A stretch of DNA of 39,675 nt from Armatimonadota bacterium (GCA_016235455.1 JACRKZ010000110.1:1-39675); one strand, 5' to 3'. Positions 7,839-17,475 are shown, numbered from the stretch's first letter. The notes: a model not told the origin generated them from the sequence alone. Translations and numbers: made by a program.

Positions 7839-8096
7839 ATGCGTGTAGTGAGCCTACTTCTCAAGGTCGCCCGTTCAGCCGTCGCGCCATCGATCCGCGT
7901 GGAGCAGGCCGCCGAGATCGCCGTGGCGGAGCTGGCGCGGCTCGAAGACGATCTGTCGCTCTACACGGTCCACATGCGACGCTGGCTCGGCCGCTGGACG
8001 GTCACGTTCTGGGGACGCGAACTGGAGTGCTGGGTCGTGGTCATCGTCGACGGCGCGGACGGCGAGATACTCGACACCCGCACCTCCTACCGATAG
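7839..8096 (+). CDS. Small PepSY-like protein (paralog 1), candidate immunity protein
   Basis: IRVEQAAEIAVAEL...W.V...VIVDGADGEIL pattern; start at ATG 7839 inferred. Confidence 0.55.
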   Translation: MRVVSLLLKVARSAVAPSIRVEQAAEIAVAELARLEDDLSLYTVHMRRWLGRWTVTFWGRELECWVVVIVDGADGEILDTRTSYR

Positions 8097-8142
8097 CGCG
8101 GCCGAGCCCGCCGCGAGCCACGCCGGGCGCCAGGGGTAGTCG

Positions 8143-8442
8143 ATGAACCAACGCACTCGCGCCATCCGCTCGCTGTTCGAGCCCAGGCAGGTCAGCCGCG
8201 CGCGGGCCTTTGCCATCGCTCAGCCCGAGTTCGAGCGGCTGGGCTTCGGCGACTTCAGCGTGCCCGTGGCTACCTACACCTGGGGCCGGTGGTGGGTCCG
8301 CCGCGGACAGGGCGGTCGCTTCGACCGCATGGCGGAAGTCATGGTCGATGCCTTCACCGGCGAGGTCCTTTCGGTCCGAGCCTACGAGCGCGACCGGCCG
8401 ATCACGGACGGCGACCTTCATGGCGAGCAGGGGGCACGATGA
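8143..8442 (+). CDS. Small PepSY-like protein (paralog 2)
   Basis: VSRARAFAIAQPEFERL...W.V...VMVDAFTGEVL; RBS-like AGGGG upstream. Confidence 0.6.
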   Translation: MNQRTRAIRSLFEPRQVSRARAFAIAQPEFERLGFGDFSVPVATYTWGRWWVRRGQGGRFDRMAEVMVDAFTGEVLSVRAYERDRPITDGDLHGEQGAR

Positions 8443-8726
8443 ACGTGTGGCAATGGCTCCGGCGCTACGCACCACCGTCGCCGACCGTGAGACGCCACGA
8501 TGCCCTGGCCATCGCCGAGGCCGAGTTCGACCGCATCGGCTGGGGCAGCTACGGCGAGATTTCGGTGTCGCTGAGCGGCCGCAAATGGCAGATCGACCGG
8601 CGCGCCCCCTGCGCTCTCGGTCCGGTGGCCGTCGTCGTCATCGACGCCGAGGGCCCGCGCGCCGAGGTGTGGGTCGACGCTTTCAACGGCGACCTGCTCG
8701 GCAGCCGCGTCCGCGACTACCCCTGA
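8439..8726 (+). CDS. Small PepSY-like protein (paralog 3)
   Basis: ATGA overlap with paralog 2; VRRHDALAIAEAEFDRI...W.I...VWVDAFNGDLL. Confidence 0.6.
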   Translation: MNVWQWLRRYAPPSPTVRRHDALAIAEAEFDRIGWGSYGEISVSLSGRKWQIDRRAPCALGPVAVVVIDAEGPRAEVWVDAFNGDLLGSRVRDYP

Positions 8727-8955
8727 ACCCCGTACCGCCTTCCTTCACCCAATAACAGCGCCGTCACATTTGCCGCTGTCACGGCCATGGCGCAACACTA
8801 CCGCAATATGGCAACTGCTGGCGCGCTTTAGAAGCCAGCCATAGCGACTACAAACTTTTGTTTGCCTTGGCAGCATGCGCCGGCGAGTGTAACGCCGCGA
8901 CGATGCGCGGGCACGACGCCTCGACCTGCTTTGGTCTGCCCAGGGAGGGGCTCCG

Positions 8956-9639
8956 ATGGCAACTCGCTGGACGTGGCGACCCGCGGCGATGGTGGCGTGT
9001 GCGCTGATCACCGGGCTGCTGGTTGGCTGTGGTCGACGCACCGCACACCGGTTGCCGGCCGTGGCCGCGGCGGCGCCGGATCGGGTGAGCCTGCGCGTGT
9101 ATGCGTATGTCGACGATGAGTTCCGCGCCCGCCTCGGCCGGACCGACCAGGCGGCTCGGGCCGTGGTGAACGACTGGCTCTGGCGCTGTGAGCGTCAGTT
9201 CCAGGCGGGATTCCCCCGGCACCGCTGGTCGGTCTGCCTGGTCGGCCTGGGCAACTGGCGCATCGCCCCCGGCGTGCTCGATGGCCGTGCCATCTGGTGC
9301 GATGCGGTGCCACAGCGCTGGCCGGCCGGGGTGTCCGCCAACTGCCTCATGGCACTGACGGGCCGGCGCCGCGTGTGTTGGTCGGGCATCGCCTGCTGGC
9401 CGCGGCTCTATGCCAAGGCGCAGGAGCACGAGCCGGTCGGCACCAACACCGTGGCGTTGCTCTGCCACGAGATGAGCCACTGGTTCGGTGCCGTGGATAT
9501 CATCGATGCCGACCTGCCGGAGGCCAGCATCATGAACTACCGCGATGCGCATGACGGGTGGCGGGACGGACGGATCTGCTGGGACAAGAGCAATCGGCAG
9601 CGCATGGAGGCGGCGATGGTTGCCTGGCCGCGCGCCTGA
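8956..9639 (+). CDS. Metzincin-like zinc metalloprotease lipoprotein
   Basis: RBS GGGAGG; lipobox LLVGC; HEMSHWFGAVD zinc motif and SIMNY Met-turn. Confidence 0.75.
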   Translation: MATRWTWRPAAMVACALITGLLVGCGRRTAHRLPAVAAAAPDRVSLRVYAYVDDEFRARLGRTDQAARAVVNDWLWRCERQFQAGFPRHRWSVCLVGLGNWRIAPGVLDGRAIWCDAVPQRWPAGVSANCLMALTGRRRVCWSGIACWPRLYAKAQEHEPVGTNTVALLCHEMSHWFGAVDIIDADLPEASIMNYRDAHDGWRDGRICWDKSNRQRMEAAMVAWPRA

Positions 9640-9646
9640 GCGGCCG

Positions 9647-10471
9647 CTAGCCCGCCGCGGATGCGGTGGCCACGGTGCCAAACACCGGCGCCGCCTCGAC
9701 CGCCGGCAGGCGCCCGGCAAAGAACGTCTCGTTGACGCGGGTGAGGCTGTCGGTCGAGCCGCTCGCCAGCATGCGGTGGCTTGCCGGGCCCGCCGCCAGA
9801 AGGTCTAGGTCCATGAGCATCTGCTCGACGCTCTTAGCCGTCTCGAATGCAGGATCGACCAGGTAGGTGCGCTCCTCGAGCTTCATGCGGATGGCCGAGG
9901 CCAGGAACGCGTAGTGCGTGCAGCCCAGCACCAGCACGTCGAGGTCCAGCACTGGCAGGCGGCCGACGTAATCACAGACCGCCTCGTAGGAATCGGGGAA
10001 CCCGCAACGGCCCGCCTCGATGAGCGGCACGAAGCGCGGACAGGCGACCTGGGCCACACGAGCGGCGGGCTTCAGCGCGGTGACGGCCGCGGGGTAGGCG
10101 CCGCTGCGCACCGTGGCGGCCGTGGCCAGCACGCCGACGGTTCCACCGTTGGCCTCGTCGGCCGCGGCCTTGGCACCGCCCGTGATCATACCCACCACGG
10201 GCACCGCGACCGCGGCGCGCACCGCGTCGAGCGCCAGCGCCGAGACGGTGTTGCAGGCCACGACGATGAGCTTGCAGCCCTGGTGGGCCAGGTGCTCCGC
10301 GATGGCCACGCCGTAGGCGGTGATCTCGTCGGCGGTGCGGTCGCCGTAGGGCACATGCGCGGTGTCGCCGTAGTAGAGCAGCGACTCGGCGGGCAGGCGC
10401 CACATCAGCTCGCGGGCCACGGTGAGACCGCCCACGCCGGAATCGAACAGCCCGATGGGTGCGCTGTTCAC
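9647..10471 (-). CDS. murI: Glutamate racemase
   Basis: IGLFDSGVGGLTV, GDTAHVPYG, VVACNT, LGCTHY. Confidence 0.97.
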   Translation of the reverse strand: MNSAPIGLFDSGVGGLTVARELMWRLPAESLLYYGDTAHVPYGDRTADEITAYGVAIAEHLAHQGCKLIVVACNTVSALALDAVRAAVAVPVVGMITGGAKAAADEANGGTVGVLATAATVRSGAYPAAVTALKPAARVAQVACPRFVPLIEAGRCGFPDSYEAVCDYVGRLPVLDLDVLVLGCTHYAFLASAIRMKLEERTYLVDPAFETAKSVEQMLMDLDLLAAGPASHRMLASGSTDSLTRVNETFFAGRLPAVEAAPVFGTVATASAAG

Positions 10472-11010
10472 TTGCCCAGCTTCTCCCCGCCAATCAGGCC
10501 GCGGTCGGCCCGGAGCGGCTCGGCCAGCGACAGCGCGCCGCCAAACTCGGGCACCGGCTTGCCCTCCACGGTGATCAGCACCTGCTCGATCCCATCCACG
10601 GCGGTGACTGTGTTCACCAGCGAGTAGACGGCCATCGACGCAACGTTGGAGCCACCTTGGAACTTCTCGGTGAAGGCCGAGCTCAGGTCGACGGTGGCGG
10701 TCTTGTCCTTCATGCTCAGGCCCAGGAGCTTGGTGTCCTTGGGGATGACGCGGGCGTGCCCGTCCTCCTGGGGGCCAGCCAGCAATTCCTTGACGGCGGC
10801 CGTGGCCTGCACGGTCGGGTCACCGCCGGCCAGCGTGTCGCGCGCTTCGGCCTCCATGTAGCTCAGGCCGGTATTGGCGAAGTAGACCGAGGCCACCTTG
10901 GGCTGCGGCTCGGGCGCCGGCTTGACGGGCTCGGACTTCGGGCTGGTGCGGCAGCCGGCGAGCAGCGCGGTCACCATCAGCAAGATCAGCGTGCGCCCGC
11001 GTGTCTTCAT
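10468..11010 (-). CDS. GerMN-domain lipoprotein
   Basis: Lipobox LLAGC; AVKELLAGP, ATVDLSSAF, VYSLVNTVT...VLITVEG. Confidence 0.9.
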   Translation of the reverse strand: MKTRGRTLILLMVTALLAGCRTSPKSEPVKPAPEPQPKVASVYFANTGLSYMEAEARDTLAGGDPTVQATAAVKELLAGPQEDGHARVIPKDTKLLGLSMKDKTATVDLSSAFTEKFQGGSNVASMAVYSLVNTVTAVDGIEQVLITVEGKPVPEFGGALSLAEPLRADRGLIGGEKLGK

Positions 11011-12428
11011 CCCTTGTTCTCCGCCCGGCTGGCCGGCGCGTTCGACGCCGCGGTCGTGCCCATCGTCGGGGGCCTGGCCTGCAGATATCGTATCACACCA
11101 GCCGCGATGCCCCGGGCGAAGGTCTCGCGGCCGGCGGGGGAGTCGAGCATAGCGCCGTCGCCGGCATGGTCCAGGTAGCCGGTCTCCACCAGGACCGAGG
11201 GCATGCTGCAGCCCTTGACCACGACGAACGCGCGCTCATGGGTGCCGCGCGCGGGCAGCTTCGCCTCGGCGCTCACCGCCTGCAGCATGACGCTGGCGAA
11301 GTCGGGGCTCTGCGGCGTGTAGTAGTACAACTCGGTGCCGCTGCGCTGACCCTTCATGTCGTCCGGCATGGCGTTGCAGTGGATGCTTACGAACAGGTCG
11401 GCGCCCAGCTTGTTGGCCAGCGCTGGCCGGTCGCCCAGCACGATGAAGGTGTCGTCAGCGCGGGTCATCGACACGCGCACGCCCTTGGCCTCCAGAATGC
11501 GCTGGACGCGCAGGCCGATGTCGAGCACCACCGTCTTCTCTACAAGACCCGGTTTGTAGCCCGAGCAGCCGGGGTCCTTGCCGCCGTGGCCGGGATCGAT
11601 GATCACCAGGCGGCCCTTGGCCTCGGCGCTGACAAGCCGCAGCGCGACGTTGGTCTCGCCGGTGCCGCGCGTCACGGCATAGCCGCAGGGGCGCCGCAGA
11701 TCGACCGTCACGCGGACCACGTCAGGCGAGAACTGGGTCATGTGTACCGCGCTGACCAGGCCGTCAGCCGCCGGTGTGGGCGGCTCGGCGCGCAGTGCCG
11801 CGCCTTCCACATCCATCACCACGCGGTCGGGCTGGGTCAGGTAGAACGCCTTGACCGCCGCTGACGCGCCGACCCCGAGGGTCAGCGTGGCGCTCTGCGC
11901 CGATTCGGCCTGCATGGCGCTCTTGGTGATGCTGGTGGCGGGCTGGCGCGGGCTCGGCGCCACGGGTGTGCCGCCGCCGCCACCACCAACCTTGAACAGC
12001 AGCGTGCGACCACCGTCCTCCTGGGTCACGGTCACCTCGGCAGCGGTCCTGAGATCGAAGACCAGGCGCGCGACGGCCGGGCTGTCGGTGAACTGGCCCA
12101 GGCGCACGGCGCTCACCAGCTTGTTGCTGAGCGGGTAGCTCTGTGTCTGGTCGCTCCGCAGGCGCGCCGCGCGCAGGTCGAAGTAGACCTTGGCGGGTTC
12201 GCGCAGGACCGTCTTCTGCGGGTCGCGCGGGTGGGACAGGTCCAGCCGCACCGTGAGACCGCTGTCGGTCTGCCGGTAGCTCAGCGATTCGACGAGCGCC
12301 GGTTGGTCAATGGGCTTGGTAGTGGCACTATCGTCGGCGGCAGCCGGCGCGGTCGCCAGCGCTGCCAGACACAGACCGGCGAGCGCGCACCATGAACGGG
12401 CTGCCCGCGCGGCTGATTGAAACCGCAT
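11007..12428 (-). CDS. N-acetylmuramoyl-L-alanine amidase (Amidase_3) with two AMIN domains
   Basis: IIDPGHGGKDPG, EK, SIHCNA, VLVETGY; AAGGAG RBS before ATG 12428 followed by a signal peptide. The longer ORF start runs into the tmRNA. Confidence 0.93.
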   Translation of the reverse strand: MRFQSAARAARSWCALAGLCLAALATAPAAADDSATTKPIDQPALVESLSYRQTDSGLTVRLDLSHPRDPQKTVLREPAKVYFDLRAARLRSDQTQSYPLSNKLVSAVRLGQFTDSPAVARLVFDLRTAAEVTVTQEDGGRTLLFKVGGGGGGTPVAPSPRQPATSITKSAMQAESAQSATLTLGVGASAAVKAFYLTQPDRVVMDVEGAALRAEPPTPAADGLVSAVHMTQFSPDVVRVTVDLRRPCGYAVTRGTGETNVALRLVSAEAKGRLVIIDPGHGGKDPGCSGYKPGLVEKTVVLDIGLRVQRILEAKGVRVSMTRADDTFIVLGDRPALANKLGADLFVSIHCNAMPDDMKGQRSGTELYYYTPQSPDFASVMLQAVSAEAKLPARGTHERAFVVVKGCSMPSVLVETGYLDHAGDGAMLDSPAGRETFARGIAAGVIRYLQARPPTMGTTAASNAPASRAENKG

Positions 12429-12464
12429 CCACTCGCTCCTTGGAAGGGACCATCTGGAGCAGTC

Positions 12465-12501
12465 GCACGGGCAGGCCACCACTCTGGTGACCTGCCCGCG
12501 C
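12465..12501 (-). terminator. Hairpin immediately downstream of tmRNA
   Basis: Minus strand GCGCGGGCAGGTCACC-AGAGT-GGTGGCCTGCCCGTGC; no U tract. Confidence 0.5.
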
Positions 12502-12508
12502 TCCGGTA

Positions 12509-12888
12509 TGGAGGTGGCGGGAATCGAACCCGCGTCCGAAGAGCCCTCGCCCACGCTTCTACGTGCGTAGCTCGCGATCTGGTTCTCACTGGTCGGGTTG
12601 GCTCACGAGCCGGGCGCTACGACCAGCCAGGCCTTGTCTCTTGGCTGCCCTGATCAGGCCAGGTCGAGCAGCCACAGCCGGGATGTTTTAGACGCCTCGA
12701 CCACGGCCGGCAGGTGGCCGAAGCGCCCGCGCGCTCTAAGCGGCGCGCGTTGCTCTTAGCCTATTTCAGGCTGCGAGCGGTAGTGCGTTGTTGGCACTTG
12801 TTGTTTGTCGGATGATTTACGAGGCCAACCGACATCCTCGGCACGCAACATGGGTTCAGTCCACTCCCCGTCGAGACCTGGCACCCCC
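12509..12888 (-). ncRNA. ssrA: tmRNA; tag peptide (A)ANNALPLAA encoded at 12766-12795
   Basis: 5' GGGGGTG...TCGAC; 3' T-arm GCGGGTTCGATTCCCGC and CACCTCCA; acceptor stem with G3-U pair; tag ORF ends LAA-TGA; adjacent to smpB; CCA end not encoded. Confidence 0.95.
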
Positions 12889-13039
12889 GATATTCCGCTC
12901 CTTCCGTCCCTGCGGACGGCTCGTTGTACTCCTGATGGTCGGTTGCCGCCTCGCTTGCGGGGCGGTCCTCGGATCAGTTAGACGGCGCGCGGCCGCCCTT
13001 GTGTCAAGATCAGTATAGCCCAATCGCCAAGGAGCTTAC

Positions 13040-13510
13040 CTAGTCATCATAACGCCGAGATGACATGGCGCGTTCCTTCTCGCGGTCGGCCTCGCGCTCG
13101 CGCAGCGTGTCGCGCTTGTCGAACTCGCGCTTGCCGCGGCAGATGCCCACTTCGAGCTTGGCGTAGCCGCGCTTGAAGTAGATGGCCAGCGGCATCAACG
13201 TCATGCCCTTGGCCTGCACCTTGACCATCATCTTGTCAATCTCGCGGCGGTTGAGCAACAGCTTGCGGCGGCGGCGCGGGTCGACGTTGAAGGAACTGGC
13301 CTGCTCGTAGGGCGAGATGAACACCTCCACCAGCCAGGCCTCGTTGTCTTCGATGACCACGAACCCGCCGGTCAGCTGCACCTTGCCCGCGCGCACCGAT
13401 TTGACCTCGGTGCCCACCAGCATGAGACCCGCTTCGACAGTCTCCTCGACATGGTAGTCGTGCCACGCCTTGCGGTTGCGAACCGTTGGCGCGTTATCCG
13501 CCTTCTTCAC
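13040..13510 (-). CDS. smpB: SsrA-binding protein
   Basis: NRKAWHDY, EAGLMLVGTEVKSVR, RKLLLNRREI, GKREFDKR; GTG 13510 gives 156 aa. Confidence 0.97.
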   Translation of the reverse strand: MKKADNAPTVRNRKAWHDYHVEETVEAGLMLVGTEVKSVRAGKVQLTGGFVVIEDNEAWLVEVFISPYEQASSFNVDPRRRRKLLLNRREIDKMMVKVQAKGMTLMPLAIYFKRGYAKLEVGICRGKREFDKRDTLREREADREKERAMSSRRYDD

Positions 13511-13521
13511 GTCAATTCCAT

Positions 13522-14319
13522 TCAGTGCTCGACCGAGACGTCGAACCCGTCCTTCTCGAGCTTCTTGGCCACATCGTTGGCCCGCGACTCGTCGTGGTGC
13601 GTGCTGACCACCACACGGTAGACCGTCTTGCCTTTGACCTCGGCCTCGCGCACCGAGCTCTGGTGGCCCTTGGCCGTCAGGTCGCGCCGCTGCTTCTCCG
13701 CGGCGTCCTTGGACGAGTAGGAGCCTGCCTGCACACGCCACAGGGAGTCGCCCGAGTCGCCCGTCTTCGTCGTAGGCTTGGTGCTGGTCGACTTGCTGGC
13801 CGTGGTGCTGGGCTTGAACGGCTTGTTCGGCTGCGCCTTGTCATAGCCGCCGTTGAGCGACTTGCTGCTGCTGCCAGTGCTCTTGTCGCCGCCCTTGCTC
13901 TTGCCCGAATCGGCGTTGGCCGTGGTGGTCGTCGTGGTGGCGGGCTTGGGCGGCTCGCCGGTCACGACGCCGGTGCCGGTGACTGTTCCGGCGGCGAGCG
14001 GGTCGGTGCTGCTGGCGGCGTTGGTCATACCCGCGTCCAGCGCCCCGGCGGCGGTGCCGCCCGCGGCGGCCGCGTCGCTGGAGGTGATGGAGACCGGTGA
14101 GTTGGCGGTCGTGCCGGCCGGCTGGCCGAGCGCCGATGCAGGCGCCACGACGGGCGCCGGGCTGCTGCTGCCCTTGAGCTTCTCGCCGATCACGTAGCGA
14201 CCGAACAGGAACGAGAAGACGACCGCCGCCACCACCAATGCCAGAATCCACAGGCCTTGGGACGAACCCGCGTCGTCCTCGTATTCAAACCGGCCCGGTC
14301 CTCGACTTGCTTCCGCCAT
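13522..14319 (-). CDS. SPOR-domain membrane protein (FtsN/DedD-like)
   Basis: One TM helix, S/T/A-rich linker, C-terminal WRVQAGSYSSKDAAE...YRVVV; start ATG 14319 after GGGAG. Confidence 0.88.
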   Translation of the reverse strand: MAEASRGPGRFEYEDDAGSSQGLWILALVVAAVVFSFLFGRYVIGEKLKGSSSPAPVVAPASALGQPAGTTANSPVSITSSDAAAAGGTAAGALDAGMTNAASSTDPLAAGTVTGTGVVTGEPPKPATTTTTTANADSGKSKGGDKSTGSSSKSLNGGYDKAQPNKPFKPSTTASKSTSTKPTTKTGDSGDSLWRVQAGSYSSKDAAEKQRRDLTAKGHQSSVREAEVKGKTVYRVVVSTHHDESRANDVAKKLEKDGFDVSVEH

Positions 14320-14414
14320 CACGCTCTCCCGACCTCTGCACGGCGCGCACCACGGCACGCGGTCTATGGCACGAGTTGGGACACTCGGCGGACGCGGTCG
14401 TTGCCCGTGGTCTC

Positions 14415-14423
14415 AGTATAGCA
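14415..14423 (-). promoter_or_regulatory. Extended -10 promoter for SPOR-smpB
   Basis: Minus strand TG-C-TATACT. Confidence 0.45.
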
Positions 14424-14450
14424 TGACGAGTCGGCGCGCTAAGGCCAGGG

Positions 14451-15527
14451 TCAACTCGACAACGCCGCCAACAGCCGCGTCACTTCGGCCTGGGCGGCCG
14501 CCCGAGCCGCCTCGGCCAGCGCGTGCAGCCGCGCCGACTCCCCGCCGCCACGCTCTGCGAGCCGTGCCAGCGCCGCGCCGATCAGCGGGCCGGTCAGCGC
14601 CGCGTCGGTGCTCGCCACGGGCAGCCCGAGGTCGTCGGCCAGCCCGCGCACCTTGGGGTCGTAGTCGATGGCCACGCTGGGCAGGCCCAGCCCGGCAGCG
14701 AAGACCAGTGGATGCAGCCGCTCGGATACAAGCCCCTGGCAGCACGCCAGGGCGGCCAGCGTGCCCGACGGCCCCGGCGACGGCAGGGCCACGATGCGGT
14801 CACCCAGCTCGGCGGCCAAGGTCAGGCCCAACTCGTGGTCCTCGGCATCGCAGGCCAGCAGCACCAGGCTGCCGGGCCAACCGCCGTCGGCCCACCAGTC
14901 GCGCACGGCCCGGATCACCTGCTCGGTGTGTCGGGTGTGCCGCAGACATAGCGCCAGTCGCGGCCCGGCCGGCAGACGCGTGTCGGTCTGCGTCCGCGCC
15001 TCGTCGCTGGGCGGCGCCATGAGGAAGGCTGCGTCCGCGGCCACCACCACGCGCTCGGTCGGTACGCCGATCTCGGCCAGCGTACGCGCCGAGCGCTGAT
15101 CGCGCACGCTCACCGCGCGCGCGCCCAACGCCAGACGGCGTACCTGCGCCAGCCACAGCGGGCCGTGCAGCGGGCCGATGCTCTGGAACCCCAGCACATA
15201 CGGCCGGCCGGCCCAGCGCGCGAGCTGCAGGAGCGCCAGGTAGTAGCCCAGCGAGCGGCTGCTCGTGGTGTTCTGCAGCAGGCCGCCGCCGCCGCTGAAC
15301 AGCGCCGCGCCGCCCCGCAGTGCCGCGCGGACCCCGCCCAGGTCGAAGCGGCCCAGAGGAATGATGCGCTCATCGAGCGGCAGCCGTGCCGGGTCGCCGC
15401 AGGGGATGTGGATGCGCGCCACGCCGGCCTCGAACAGGGCCGTGGTCAGCGCTTCACACAGCGCGTCGTCACCCACGTTGCCGTAGCCGTAGTAGCCCGA
15501 GAGGACGACCTCGGTCGGGGCGTTCAC
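14451..15527 (-). CDS. csaB: Polysaccharide pyruvyl transferase CsaB
   Basis: VLSGYYGYGNVGDDA, GGGGLLQNTTSSRSLGYY, SVRD, RLH, YDPKV; GTGA overlap with the upstream gene. Confidence 0.9.
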   Translation of the reverse strand: MNAPTEVVLSGYYGYGNVGDDALCEALTTALFEAGVARIHIPCGDPARLPLDERIIPLGRFDLGGVRAALRGGAALFSGGGGLLQNTTSSRSLGYYLALLQLARWAGRPYVLGFQSIGPLHGPLWLAQVRRLALGARAVSVRDQRSARTLAEIGVPTERVVVAADAAFLMAPPSDEARTQTDTRLPAGPRLALCLRHTRHTEQVIRAVRDWWADGGWPGSLVLLACDAEDHELGLTLAAELGDRIVALPSPGPSGTLAALACCQGLVSERLHPLVFAAGLGLPSVAIDYDPKVRGLADDLGLPVASTDAALTGPLIGAALARLAERGGGESARLHALAEAARAAAQAEVTRLLAALSS

Positions 15528-17431
15528 GTCGATTCCTCGTTGGCGCCTCGCCGCCAGAGCAGCGCGGCCGCACCCAGCCCGAGCAGCGTGCCCAGCCACA
15601 GGGCGTGGAACGTGCGCAACAGCGACTGGGTCAGCGGCGTGTGCAAATGGCAGAACGTGTTGAACGTGCCAACGACGCCGATCATGCCGACCAGCAGCAG
15701 CAGGCCAGACCACTGTCGCCGACCACGCACGACCGCCAATGCCGCCAGCAGCAGCGCCGGGTCGCCGACCAGGAATTCCTTGGTGCGCGGTCGCGCGATG
15801 AAGATGCGTTCCAGGATGGAGCGGAAGCGCAGCTCGGTGCTGGACACCTCCAGCCCATCGTTGCCGCTCCGCACCAGCATCAGCAGCAGCACCACCCCTA
15901 CGACGAGCGCGGTCAACAGGTAGCCCGCGGTCACCGGGTTGGCCAGCAGGTCGGCCAGTTTGCGGCGCACGGCCCGCGCGTCGGCGCCCGGCAGCGAGAA
16001 CCCACCGGCCACCACCAGCGCCATGCCCAGCAGTGGCACCAGATGGGCCAGCTTCACTCCGGCGAAGGCGTCGTGGTGCAGGTAGTAGCTGGTTGAGGCC
16101 AACAGGCCCGAGGCCATCAACCCGCCGGCCACGGTGATGCCGATCGTGGTCCACAGCAGCGCCACAGCCTGGGCAGGGCTCTTGACGCGGTCCTCGACCA
16201 GAGCCAACCAGGCGCGCCGGCCCGCCCACAGCGGGTACACCATGCCGCAGAGCAGCGCCATCAGCTTGTTGTGCAGTTGCGGACGCGCAAGCGCCAGCAG
16301 CAGGGCCAAGGCGCCGAGGCCCAACCACCAGCCCAGCCAGCGTCGCGGCGACCAATCGCCGCCGATCTGCGCCAGCAGCCACGCTGCCACCGAAGCGATG
16401 CCCAGCAGGCTGATGACCATCGGACGCCAGCGGCCGGGCGAGACGAGTGGGAAGGCCGTGGTCTGGCCGGTCTTCATACCGCTCTCGCGCAGACCCGAGA
16501 CGATGCGGCCGAGGTAGGCTTCGTTGGCGGCCAAGGCGTCGTGCGACGGCGTCAGCAGCAGCCGCACAAAGACCAGGCGGATGTTGCGCTCCTGGGCCGC
16601 GCGGCGGTAGCGCTCGATGATGACCTCGGGGGCCAGCTTGGCCATCTCGCCCGCGGTCACGCCGTGGAGGCGGATGTAGCCGCGCGGTCGCACGCCGGGC
16701 TGGCCGCGCAGGATGGTGTCGGCGAGCTTGTCCTCGCCCTTCTGCTCGGCGAATTCGACGCGGCCCCAGGCCAGGTCATAGCGTGCCAGGCTGGCGGCGG
16801 TACTGTCGCGCAACTCGCGGAAGCCGAGCACCTGATCGCCGGCGAAGACGATGCGGCGCACCCCTTGCGCGGCCAGATCGGCCAGCATGGTGTCGATGGC
16901 GGCATCGGTCAGGCCCGGCGAGTTGCGCAAGCGGGCGATGGGCACGAGACCGGCCTCGCGGACTTGGGCGATGGCTTGCGGGTCAATGCCGCCGCCGGCG
17001 TCCAGCAAGGCCAGGCCGGGCACGCCGAGCCGCACGGTGGGACCCATGCGCGTGCCGCCATAGCGCCGGGCCAAGGCCGTCACGGCGGCCAGGCCAGCCG
17101 CGCTGCCGGCCGTTGCCGCAGCCTCGACGCTGCCGGCTTGGGCGGCGGTGTGCGGGCCGCCGGTCAGAGTCAGGGCGCCGCCGTTCACCAGGTCGCGCAG
17201 CAAGGGCTCTTCGAGGGCCACCGAAACGAGCCCCAAGCCACGCAGGCGTGCCAGCACCGCGGGCACCGATTGGCCGCTGAACGCGGCCACCGCGCTGACC
17301 TCGGCGTAGTCGACGCTGACCTCGACATCGCGGTAGGAACGCTCCAGCCCAAGCCTTCCGCCAGCCAGCCAAGTGGCCACCAGCAAGGCGACCAGAACCG
17401 GTATCAACAGCGCTCGCCGGTTGGACACCAC
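15524..17431 (-). CDS. DUF5693-family membrane protein
   Basis: RAAQERNIRLVFVR, FAGVKL, RPRTKEFLVG, NTFCHLHTP motifs; conventional position upstream of csaB; AAGGAG RBS. Confidence 0.85.
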   Translation of the reverse strand: MVSNRRALLIPVLVALLVATWLAGGRLGLERSYRDVEVSVDYAEVSAVAAFSGQSVPAVLARLRGLGLVSVALEEPLLRDLVNGGALTLTGGPHTAAQAGSVEAAATAGSAAGLAAVTALARRYGGTRMGPTVRLGVPGLALLDAGGGIDPQAIAQVREAGLVPIARLRNSPGLTDAAIDTMLADLAAQGVRRIVFAGDQVLGFRELRDSTAASLARYDLAWGRVEFAEQKGEDKLADTILRGQPGVRPRGYIRLHGVTAGEMAKLAPEVIIERYRRAAQERNIRLVFVRLLLTPSHDALAANEAYLGRIVSGLRESGMKTGQTTAFPLVSPGRWRPMVISLLGIASVAAWLLAQIGGDWSPRRWLGWWLGLGALALLLALARPQLHNKLMALLCGMVYPLWAGRRAWLALVEDRVKSPAQAVALLWTTIGITVAGGLMASGLLASTSYYLHHDAFAGVKLAHLVPLLGMALVVAGGFSLPGADARAVRRKLADLLANPVTAGYLLTALVVGVVLLLMLVRSGNDGLEVSSTELRFRSILERIFIARPRTKEFLVGDPALLLAALAVVRGRRQWSGLLLLVGMIGVVGTFNTFCHLHTPLTQSLLRTFHALWLGTLLGLGAAALLWRRGANEEST

Positions 17432-17475
17432 CTACTCCTTGTGCTAGACTGGCGGCTCGCCGGAGCCCTCGAATC

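Noticed and set aside
8727-8955. AT-richer intergenic stretch as an ncRNA or att site
   Set aside because: No recognisable RNA motif or matching direct repeat; at most it marks the edge of the accessory region.
12430-12540. tmRNA 3' end as the integration site of the capsid/toxin region
   Set aside because: Housekeeping amidase-GerMN-murI genes follow directly; no integrase and no duplicate of the ssrA 3' end were seen.
14451-16382. 643-aa CsaB with long N-terminal extension
   Set aside because: The extension overlaps the DUF5693 gene out of frame; GTGA coupling at 15527 gives a normal-length CsaB.
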